From positions 62,001-126,000 of the IMG/VR virus record IMGVR_UViG_3300024259_002152: 64,000 bases of DNA; one strand, 5' to 3'. Below, one piece after another: positions 54,542-62,313 of the stretch (positions within the stretch are counted from its first letter, which is position 1; each line of letters begins with the position of its first letter). Under the pieces are notes generated by a model that did not search any database, was not told the DNA's origin, and saw only the letters and a program-made list of their open reading frames with translations. The position numbers and the translations under genes are program-made.

Positions 54542-56515
54542 ATGGCAGATTTAGCAGATATTAAAAAAGAGATAATAGGATATATCACTAAAAAGCACTC
54601 CAAGAGCGATAAATTACCAAAAATTATTTCTAAAGTGAAAGAAGAACTCGATGTTTTAGAATCGACTGACGGTTTAGAAGGCAAGAATAATTTAGAAGTA
54701 TTTTATAATACATGGAAGAGCCACAAGGGAGAGGTGGGTCATAAAAATGACATTAATAGTTGGGCTGCTTTCTTCCTGGGGATAACGGAAGTAAAACCTG
54801 ATGGAGATTTTCTTCCGACTAGGCGTGCTTTTGCTAGGGCGGGATTCCCTGATATTGACACTGATTTTGATTACGAGAATAGGGATACTGTTTATTCTTA
54901 TATAATTGATAAGTATGGAAGAGAGAATGTAGGGAATATTGGCACTCACGGATTATTGAAATTTAAATCATGTGTGACCAGGGTGACTAAAGCTTTAGAT
55001 CTAGCAAATGCTTATCACAAAGGTAGTGATGCTTTTGTTAGCGAAAATGCTGCTAAGGTAACAGAAATTTTATCTCCTTTTCCGAAAATGGGACTAGTGA
55101 AAGTTACTGACGATGATGGTGAAAGTTACCTTATAAAAACTTTCCAAGATGCTTATGATCATTGTCCAGATTTTAGACATTATGTTGACAAATATGAGAG
55201 TAGTCATTTCAAAGAATATATGGAGCATATAGAAGGGACATTTGCTAATTTCGGCTGCCATGCTGCAGGAATAGTTGTTTCTGATATTCCTCTTGATGAA
55301 ATTGCTCCTTTGAGAAATGCTAAAAAGGGAGTTCTTGCCACTCAATTCCCTAATGAAGATTTGGAATCAATAGGTCTTATTAAATTTGATGATCTTGCTC
55401 TTTCTACTTTATCCATTGTGAAAAAAACAGTAAAAATGGTAAAAGAACATTGGGGAATAGAAGTAGATCTAGAAAATCTGCCTATGGAAGATGATGCTAC
55501 TTTCGAATTATATCGTAGAGGAAATTTGGGTGGAGTTTTTCAGTGTGAAAATAGTGGCATGCAAAAAACTATGAGAGATATAGGAGTAGATCGTTTTGAA
55601 GATATTATAGCGGGACTAGCTCTTTATCGTCCTGGACCTATGGATAGTATTCCTGAGTATTGTGCAAGAAAGCATGAAGAAAATGAAATTAGTTACTTTC
55701 ATAGGTCAATTGAGCCATTTGTAAAATCTTATTTAGAAAGCACATATGGAATCTTATGTTATCAAGAGCAAGTTATGCAGATTTGTAATAGTCTTGCAGG
55801 TTTTACTATTACTGATGGCTACATAATGATTAAGTCGATTGGTAAGAAAAAAGAATACTTAATGAAGCGTTTTGAAGAACAATTTATTTTAGGTTGTGAA
55901 AGAAATAAAGTGCCGTCAGATGTTGCTAAGCAATATTGGGATAAATTTATAGTTCCTTTCTCTGGTTATGGGTTTAATTTGGCTCATAGTGCTTGTTATG
56001 GTTATAATTCTTACACTACAGCATATCTAAAAGCTAATTATCCTGATGAATTTATATGTTCTTTATTAGATGTGACGATAAATAGTTCTCAGGGTGAAAG
56101 GTATGATAAAGTTTCAGCATTTGAGAGGGAATTTAAAAGAAAGATGGGTGTTAAATTTCTTCCCAGAGATATAAATAAGTGTAAAGTATCATTTACTATC
56201 GAAAAAAGAAAAGATCTTGCAGAAGGTGTAAAAAAAACAGAAATACGTCCTAGTCTTTTATGTAAAGGGCTTTTAACTAAATCTGCCAAGAACATAGAAG
56301 AAAATCAACCTTATGAAGATATGAGAGATATAGTTAGAAAAACTGATTCTTCGTTAGTTGATACTAGGGTTATAGACGCTTTGGCTACAGGGGGATATTT
56401 AGGTAAAAAGCATATAGAAGACTCTTCTGTTATAGTAAAAGATTTTGTCATGATCAGAGAGGATATGAAAAAAACTGCTAAAAGAGGGGTAGAAACTATT
56501 GATATATTTGGTTAA
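54542..56515 (+). CDS. dnaE: DNA polymerase III alpha, C-terminal fragment (catalytic Asp residues, fingers, HhH)
   Basis: GFPDIDTDF, YIIDKYG, GCHAAGIVVS, GLIKFDDLAL, GVFQCE, LALYRPGPM, TYGILCYQEQVMQI, YGFNLAHS, LKANYP. Confidence 0.93.
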   Translation: MADLADIKKEIIGYITKKHSKSDKLPKIISKVKEELDVLESTDGLEGKNNLEVFYNTWKSHKGEVGHKNDINSWAAFFLGITEVKPDGDFLPTRRAFARAGFPDIDTDFDYENRDTVYSYIIDKYGRENVGNIGTHGLLKFKSCVTRVTKALDLANAYHKGSDAFVSENAAKVTEILSPFPKMGLVKVTDDDGESYLIKTFQDAYDHCPDFRHYVDKYESSHFKEYMEHIEGTFANFGCHAAGIVVSDIPLDEIAPLRNAKKGVLATQFPNEDLESIGLIKFDDLALSTLSIVKKTVKMVKEHWGIEVDLENLPMEDDATFELYRRGNLGGVFQCENSGMQKTMRDIGVDRFEDIIAGLALYRPGPMDSIPEYCARKHEENEISYFHRSIEPFVKSYLESTYGILCYQEQVMQICNSLAGFTITDGYIMIKSIGKKKEYLMKRFEEQFILGCERNKVPSDVAKQYWDKFIVPFSGYGFNLAHSACYGYNSYTTAYLKANYPDEFICSLLDVTINSSQGERYDKVSAFEREFKRKMGVKFLPRDINKCKVSFTIEKRKDLAEGVKKTEIRPSLLCKGLLTKSAKNIEENQPYEDMRDIVRKTDSSLVDTRVIDALATGGYLGKKHIEDSSVIVKDFVMIREDMKKTAKRGVETIDIFG

Positions 56516-56519
56516 TAGT

Positions 56520-56548
56520 TTGCAAAGTGATTGTTATTATATTAGAAG
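56520..56548 (+). promoter_or_regulatory. Putative promoter (copy 7)
   Basis: TTGCAAAGTGATT at 56520; -10 position TAGAAG at 56543-48; ATG 40 nt downstream. Confidence 0.55.
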
Positions 56549-56559
56549 AGTAATTATAT

Positions 56560-56742
56560 ATGAATATTATAAAGTGTCCTAAGTGTGAGAGCACAGACTT
56601 ATTCATATATGATACAAAAGGATGCATTGAGGATGGGGAGATCATCGAGGAAACAGAATGTTTGTGTTGTGATTTCACTTTTACTGTTAAAGCTCAATTA
56701 TCAAAAATTGAGATAGAGATAGGAATAAAAATAGGAGATTAA
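56560..56742 (+). CDS. Small zinc-ribbon protein
   Basis: CPKC...CLCC. Confidence 0.65.
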   Translation: MNIIKCPKCESTDLFIYDTKGCIEDGEIIEETECLCCDFTFTVKAQLSKIEIEIGIKIGD

Positions 56743-56744
56743 TT

Positions 56745-57056
56745 ATGGCAGAAGAAAATAAGACTACTTTGAGATTAGAGATAGATAGAACTATTCAGCC
56801 GAAACAATTTGAGTCGATTAAAGTTATCGTAGATGTGCAGGAAAGTTTTTATTGGAAAGATGAAAAAGATAGAACGAATAAGATAAAAGCTCATACTGAA
56901 AAAATATCAGAAGATTTTGTTTCTACCTTTAATCATGTTGTTAAGAGGATAGGGGAAGAGGATAGGTGTATTGGTAAGGTTATCACTGGTGGTGATGTTT
57001 CTATTGAGGAAAAAAAACAAATTATTTCTTCAGATGATGAGTTTGATTTTGATTAA
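56745..57056 (+). CDS. Hypothetical protein with acidic tail (DDEFDFD)
   Basis: 103 aa. Confidence 0.65.
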   Translation: MAEENKTTLRLEIDRTIQPKQFESIKVIVDVQESFYWKDEKDRTNKIKAHTEKISEDFVSTFNHVVKRIGEEDRCIGKVITGGDVSIEEKKQIISSDDEFDFD

Positions 57057-57068
57057 TAGGTGTAAAGT

Positions 57069-58256
57069 ATGACAAGTGAAAATAGTCTAAAAGAATTTGA
57101 AGAGATGTTTGATCTATCTTCTAAGGATGAAGATAACGGTCAAGCAGAGGAATATGGACATAGTGCTAATTCTGAGGCATCTTTTGATGAATTAGAGGGA
57201 GAGTTAAGCAATGATATAAAAGATGTTTCTGATAAAGGGGCAGCTTTAGAAGTTGTAGAAAATGTTCATGATATTATAAGAGATGTTTCTTCTAAAACCG
57301 AAGAAGAGCAAGAGGCAGATACTGTTTCTCCTGAATCGGAAAAATCAGAGGAGGTAGATACAGATAGTATAGCAGGTATTGTAGAGAGCATGCAGGGTGA
57401 GGATGATTTTGATTGTTTGCCAGATCAGTGTATTCCAGAAAAAAATACTGAGAAGGAAGAAGTATCAGAAGAAGTAGTCGATCTTGCTAAAAATATTGCT
57501 GATTTTCATACAGAAGCAAAGAAAGATGGAAAGGAGGAGGAAACGTCTTTTGATCAAGTTAATGTAGAGAGCGATTCTATGCTTGATGGAGATCAGGTTA
57601 AATGGTCTCTAAAGAGTCCTGCTGGTATGTATGATCCATTTTATAGGCAAAAGAAAAGGGTATTGGATAGTTGTCTTGTTGGTGGCCAAGTGGAATTTAC
57701 TAGGTGGGACAAAGAGTTACAAGATGCCCAGGTTGATGTAGTTAGTGAAGTATTCGATAAGGAAGTAATTACAAAACAGATGGAAGATGTTCAGCAGTTT
57801 AGGAACAGAGTTAAATACATTGGTGTAAGAGTTAATAATCAACATTTTTTATTCGATAGGTTTGTGCCTTTGCTAAGGGGATTTTTGGCACGTATTCAAT
57901 ATCTCAAACCCGTTTTAAAACAAGATGGTCTTATTCTAGAGCATATGGGTGATGTTGAAATGTATTTTGAGAGATTAAGAGGTTTATATAAATCTGTCTC
58001 TGATACTGAAAAGAATTTAGCAGCAGCTTATGAAATGTTGAGTAGAAAAGTCACTATTTGTATGGATTTGCCTCCTGTTGAGAGACATGGTAAACCAGAG
58101 TATAAATCATATCGTTCTAAATTTTCGGAAAATACAATAAATACAGAAGCTGCAGCAGCATCTTCTGAGATGGACGGTTTTGATGATCTTCCTGATAATG
58201 CTAAAGCAGGTGATTCAGGGAATAAAAACGGGACAATAGGATGGGATGATATTTAA
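57069..58256 (+). CDS. Acidic low-complexity N-terminus plus helical C-domain (possible UvsY-like recombination mediator)
   Basis: Helical/coiled-coil C-half and position before SSB and RecA; mediator role is inferred from context only. Confidence 0.4.
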   Translation: MTSENSLKEFEEMFDLSSKDEDNGQAEEYGHSANSEASFDELEGELSNDIKDVSDKGAALEVVENVHDIIRDVSSKTEEEQEADTVSPESEKSEEVDTDSIAGIVESMQGEDDFDCLPDQCIPEKNTEKEEVSEEVVDLAKNIADFHTEAKKDGKEEETSFDQVNVESDSMLDGDQVKWSLKSPAGMYDPFYRQKKRVLDSCLVGGQVEFTRWDKELQDAQVDVVSEVFDKEVITKQMEDVQQFRNRVKYIGVRVNNQHFLFDRFVPLLRGFLARIQYLKPVLKQDGLILEHMGDVEMYFERLRGLYKSVSDTEKNLAAAYEMLSRKVTICMDLPPVERHGKPEYKSYRSKFSENTINTEAAAASSEMDGFDDLPDNAKAGDSGNKNGTIGWDDI

Positions 58257-58264
58257 TTTTTAGA

Positions 58265-58301
58265 AATCACTTTAAAAGTGATTGTAAAACGATTATAAAA
58301 T
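58265..58301 (+). promoter_or_regulatory. Putative promoter (copy 8) overlapped by palindrome AATCACTT-TAA-AAGTGATT
   Basis: TTAAAAGTGATT at 58272; inverted repeat 58265-72 / 58276-83; TATAAAAT downstream. Confidence 0.6.
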
Positions 58302-58338
58302 AAAGTGTAATGTAATTTTTTTGATAGGAGTTTAAATT

Positions 58339-59043
58339 ATGGCAGAGTATGTTCAATGGGGCGCAGTCCCACAAGGCGGTGGCAATGGAGAGAAATCGGA
58401 GTATCTGAAGCTAAAGAGTGGCAATACGTATAAAATTCGCCCAGTGTTTGACCCTGTGGTATTTTATAAGTATTTTCACAAACATGAAGGCAAATTAAGA
58501 ACAGCTATTTGTGCAAAACCTGATGTTTGCCCTGTTAGAGACAGGCATCCGGATCTTAAAAAACCTTCTAAACGTTATGCGGCTTACGTTATTGATCGAG
58601 CTGATGGTAAAGTAAAGATTCTTGAAGCTCCTCAAACTGTTTTCCGTCCAATTGGTAGCAGTTTTGAAGCTACAGGGAAAAATCCTGGTAGTGGAAAAGA
58701 TGGTAGTGATTGGCAGATCAAAGTTACAGGAACGGGTTTGAATACTACTTATGATGTGGCGTTTGCAGGTAATACCCCTCTCACTCAAGAGGAGATAGCA
58801 TTGTTCAAGGAAGCCTTGGACGGGGATAAGCTAAAGCTTCAGAAGCTTTATAAGGTTGATACTCCACCAGAAATTGAAGAAAAGTTGTTTGGAGATCTCA
58901 ATAAAACAGAAGCTGAGCCTTCTGTTGATATGGGCTTTGATAGCTCACCTGATTCAACACCTGATTCAACACCTGATTCAACACCTGTTGCAACAGCAGA
59001 CACTGCGACAGATAGTGGAGATGATTGGGAAAGCAACTTTTAA
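58339..59043 (+). CDS. ssb: Single-stranded DNA-binding protein (T4 gp32-like) with acidic tail
   Basis: YLKLKSG.TYKIRPV...HKH...C...CPV...RYAAYVIDR.DGKVKILE...GTGLNTTYDV; ends GDDWESNF. Confidence 0.75.
   Translation: MAEYVQWGAVPQGGGNGEKSEYLKLKSGNTYKIRPVFDPVVFYKYFHKHEGKLRTAICAKPDVCPVRDRHPDLKKPSKRYAAYVIDRADGKVKILEAPQTVFRPIGSSFEATGKNPGSGKDGSDWQIKVTGTGLNTTYDVAFAGNTPLTQEEIALFKEALDGDKLKLQKLYKVDTPPEIEEKLFGDLNKTEAEPSVDMGFDSSPDSTPDSTPDSTPVATADTATDSGDDWESNF
58948..58987 (+). repeat. (CCTGATTCAACA)x3 tandem repeat encoding PDST in the SSB linker
   Basis: Exact 12-bp units read directly. Confidence 0.9.
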
Positions 59044-59057
59044 AGAGGGTTATCAAT

Positions 59058-60188
59058 ATGGCAAAAAGTAAAAGTAATAAAGCGAATGAAGATGAACTTT
59101 TTAAAAACCTAGGAGGTTTTTGTCAGATGGGAGCCAGGGCATCGAGCCCTGGTAACATCCCTACAGGTCATTTTAATTTGGATTTTATTATCCAGTATGG
59201 TCAAGATCCTACCAAAGTGGATTTGAATAGTCTCGAAGGATATGATCCTAAGACTGCTCTTGGAATACCATTAGGAAAATTGGTTGAAATATTTGGAGAA
59301 GAAGGTAGTGGCAAATCATCCTTAGCGTATCGTATTGCAGGCTATGCTCAAAAGATGGGATACAAGACTGCATGGATTGATGTTGAGCATTCTTTTCAAG
59401 AAAATTTAGCATATATTAATGGTTGTGATATTGATAAGTTGATTTATTCCAATATGGTAAATCATGAAAATCCTGATGATGATTATTATGCGGAAGATGT
59501 GATCGATGCTATGCAGCTAATGATGAAAAATGGAGTTCAAGTTATAGTTTTGGACTCTGTTGCTAATTTGATTCCTAAAAGTTTGTTCGAGGCAGCAACT
59601 GAAAAAGAGTTTATGGGGTTGCTGTCAAGATTGTTGAGTAAATCTTTAGGTAAATTAGTTTCTTATGCTGAGAAATATGGAGCATTGCTTGTTTTTATTA
59701 ATCAGTTAAGAGAAAAAATAGGACAAACTTGGGGAGACCCAAGAACAAGTCCAGGTGGTCATTCTTTACATCATAATGCCTCTTTGCGTTTGCGAATGGA
59801 TAAACGAAATGCTAAAGAGGCAGACATCTTTGTTCCAGATCCTGAAACGGGCGAGGATATGTTGATAGGTAGACATTCTAAGGTAGCTCTGATTAAGAAT
59901 AGATTTGCTAAACCGTATAGGGAGTCTCTTGATGTGCCCATTTATTACGAGGCTTATTTTCCAGAGATAGATGATATCGCTTTCGATACGGGTAGACAGA
60001 TAAAACTTATTTCAGTTAGGAAAGGAATCTTTAGTTGGGGTGAGTTAAAAATAGAAGGAAGAAAAGCTTTTATTGATCATATTATAAAAAATAAGCTTAC
60101 AGATAAACTTATTGAAGCAATAAGAGTCAAAGCTTCTGAAAAAGATCTTATCCTGCCTCCCGAGATTGTCCTATATGGATCAGAGTAA
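59058..60188 (+). CDS. recA: RecA/UvsX recombinase (track start 59025; ATG 59058 more likely)
   Basis: IPTG..NLD, GKLVEIFGEEGSGKS, WIDVEH, VIVLDSVANL, FINQLREKIG, SPGGHSLHHNASLRL, KNRFAKPYR. Confidence 0.92.
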   Translation: MAKSKSNKANEDELFKNLGGFCQMGARASSPGNIPTGHFNLDFIIQYGQDPTKVDLNSLEGYDPKTALGIPLGKLVEIFGEEGSGKSSLAYRIAGYAQKMGYKTAWIDVEHSFQENLAYINGCDIDKLIYSNMVNHENPDDDYYAEDVIDAMQLMMKNGVQVIVLDSVANLIPKSLFEAATEKEFMGLLSRLLSKSLGKLVSYAEKYGALLVFINQLREKIGQTWGDPRTSPGGHSLHHNASLRLRMDKRNAKEADIFVPDPETGEDMLIGRHSKVALIKNRFAKPYRESLDVPIYYEAYFPEIDDIAFDTGRQIKLISVRKGIFSWGELKIEGRKAFIDHIIKNKLTDKLIEAIRVKASEKDLILPPEIVLYGSE

Positions 60189-60895
60189 TGAACAAATGGA
60201 TAAATGGGTTTCCTGAAACTGAAAGACATAAAATTGTCAATGCGGCTAAAATAACTCTTTCTAAACCTGAGGGGAAAATTGCTCTTGATTATTTACTTAA
60301 TGAAAGAAAATTTTCTCCTGACATAATTGAAAAGTTCGATATGGGCTATTGCCCTTCAGATGTAAATCATGAAGTAAGAGGTAGAATTATTACTCCTATC
60401 TATAGTGCTTATGGGGAATTGGTCGCCCTATCAACTCGTCATTTAGATAAGAATCATTCTCAAAGATTTTTACACGAATCATTTGATAAAGGTTCTTATC
60501 TTTATGGCTTATTTTACGCGAAAGAAAATATTCAAAGAACTAATAAAGTGATTATTGTTGAGGGAGAGTGTGATGTAGCCTGTTTTCATACTTTTGGGTT
60601 CAATATGACTGTTGGACTATGCGGAAGTGCTTTTACTCTTTTTCAGACGGCTCTTTTAACGAAATATTGTACAGATTATTATCTTTTATTTGATGGAGAT
60701 GAAGCTGGTAGGAGATCGATAAAAAGAGCTATGGAATCTTATGAGAAATATAATCTAAGTGCTTATTCATTAAGGTTCATTCCTGTTTATCTTCCTAAGA
60801 ATTGCGATCCTGACGATTTCCTGATCAGAGAAGGTAAAAAAAACATGATAGAGAAACTAAAAACATCTAAAGAAGATTGTGGATTTAATATTTAA
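60188..60895 (+). CDS. dnaG: DNA primase catalytic (Toprim) core lacking the zinc-binding domain
   Basis: ALDYLLNER, RGRIITPI, SYLYGL, IIVEGECDV, LFDGDEAG, DPDDF. Confidence 0.88.
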   Translation: MNKWINGFPETERHKIVNAAKITLSKPEGKIALDYLLNERKFSPDIIEKFDMGYCPSDVNHEVRGRIITPIYSAYGELVALSTRHLDKNHSQRFLHESFDKGSYLYGLFYAKENIQRTNKVIIVEGECDVACFHTFGFNMTVGLCGSAFTLFQTALLTKYCTDYYLLFDGDEAGRRSIKRAMESYEKYNLSAYSLRFIPVYLPKNCDPDDFLIREGKKNMIEKLKTSKEDCGFNI

Positions 60896-60905
60896 AGGAT
60901 AAATT

Positions 60906-61910
60906 ATGGCAGATAAATATACTCCCCAGGAAGTAACATCAGTAATGAATCTCATAGACACTTATATTAGATGGGACGTTGTTGATAGAAGGGAAGAAAG
61001 AAGTTATGATCATTATCATCCATCAGAGTTTGGTAAATGTTTGAGGATGCAACAGTATAAGCATTATGCATGGAAAGGGCTTATTGATGTAAGTTATCCA
61101 GAACCAGATAGTGAAAAACATAGATTATTCCATAAGGGGCATAACATGCATGATCGTTGGTCTAACTATTTTGATAATATAGGAAATATTTTAATGGGAA
61201 GGTGGAGATGTAAAAATGCTCTCTGTTATATGTTTGATAATGAGGGGCAAGTTAAGAAAGATTATTCTTTAGAGAAAATATATGCGGAGAAAAAAACAAG
61301 AATCGCGAAGGGTAAAAATGGACCAATTTTTAGGCCAAAAAAATGTCTTTGTGGTTGTTCTGATTTTGAATATTTAGAAACCCAGGTGAGAGCACCAGAG
61401 TTACATATAAAAGGTAATGCAGATATAGTTCTTAATTGTAAGAATTTGAAAGAGGAAAGGTTTAAAGGTGTTAGGATTTCTTATAATCAGAAATTCTTAC
61501 CTCTTAAAAATAATAAAATTGTTATTGATATGAAAACATGTGGTAGTAATGCATGGAAGAATCAGATTATGTCGAAAGGGCCTCATAAGGATTATCTTAT
61601 TCAGCTTACTATATATGCTCATATCTTAGATTGTGATTATGGCATAATTGCTTATGAGAATAAAGATAATTCTAAGATGGCCTGGTTCCAAGTTCCAAGG
61701 AATGATACGTGGTGGGAAATTATTCAGGATCAGGCTAGGACTATGGTAGAAATGAGAAAGAATCGAAAGCTTCCTCCTCCCAAATATACTTCGAAAAGAG
61801 ATTATGGTTGCACATATTGCGATTTTAAGAAGCTGTGTAATAAATCGAAAATATGGGATAGTCCAACCTTAGAACAAAAGAGAAGAGAATTTTATAAATC
61901 TTTATTATAA
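60906..61910 (+). CDS. Cas4-like PD-(D/E)XK exonuclease
   Basis: HPSEFGKCLR, GNADIV, IDMKT, QLTIYA, GCTYCDFKKLC. Confidence 0.82.
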   Translation: MADKYTPQEVTSVMNLIDTYIRWDVVDRREERSYDHYHPSEFGKCLRMQQYKHYAWKGLIDVSYPEPDSEKHRLFHKGHNMHDRWSNYFDNIGNILMGRWRCKNALCYMFDNEGQVKKDYSLEKIYAEKKTRIAKGKNGPIFRPKKCLCGCSDFEYLETQVRAPELHIKGNADIVLNCKNLKEERFKGVRISYNQKFLPLKNNKIVIDMKTCGSNAWKNQIMSKGPHKDYLIQLTIYAHILDCDYGIIAYENKDNSKMAWFQVPRNDTWWEIIQDQARTMVEMRKNRKLPPPKYTSKRDYGCTYCDFKKLCNKSKIWDSPTLEQKRREFYKSLL

Positions 61911-61970
61911 AGTTTTTTTGGTAAAAATACGATTATATGGTAGTTTTAGAAATTTATTTTTAAGGAGAAT

Positions 61971-62297
61971 GTGGTTATGACAGAAGGCGTTAATGAAAAA
62001 AATGAGGCAAAAGATGAAACTTTACTTTTGGTTAGTGGAGGCAAGGGGGGAGATAAAGAGTATATTAAAAAACTTTCTAATGCTATTATGCAAGTATATG
62101 CAAAGCACTCAGCAGTAAAGTTGAGGTGTGTAGGAGCAGCTTCTCTTAATAATGGTATTAAATCTTTTATTATTGCCAAGGGAGAAGCAAAAAAGAATGG
62201 GGATAATCTATGGATGAGTCCTAGTTTTACAACTGTTGATTTTAATGGGGAAGAAAAAACAGGTATTCTGTTAGAGGTCTTATCAAAAGAGGAATAA
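61971..62297 (+). CDS. spoVS: SpoVS-family (Alba-like) protein
   Basis: LLVSG...LSNAI...VGAASLNNGIKSFIIAKG...SPSFTTVDFNGEEKTGI matches the SpoVS pattern GAGALNQAVKAVAIARG...PAFTDIQIDGEERTAI. Confidence 0.8.
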   Translation: MVMTEGVNEKNEAKDETLLLVSGGKGGDKEYIKKLSNAIMQVYAKHSAVKLRCVGAASLNNGIKSFIIAKGEAKKNGDNLWMSPSFTTVDFNGEEKTGILLEVLSKEE

Positions 62298-62313
62298 TTT
62301 ATGAGGTGTTAAA

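Noticed and set aside
51471-54850. Split intein or group I/II intron explaining the DnaE split
   Set aside because: No Cys/Ser-initiated intein block after ERFL, no His-Asn before the C-extein, and no LAGLIDADG/HNH/GIY-YIG or reverse transcriptase ORF in the gap. RNA splicing cannot be fully excluded without RT-PCR.
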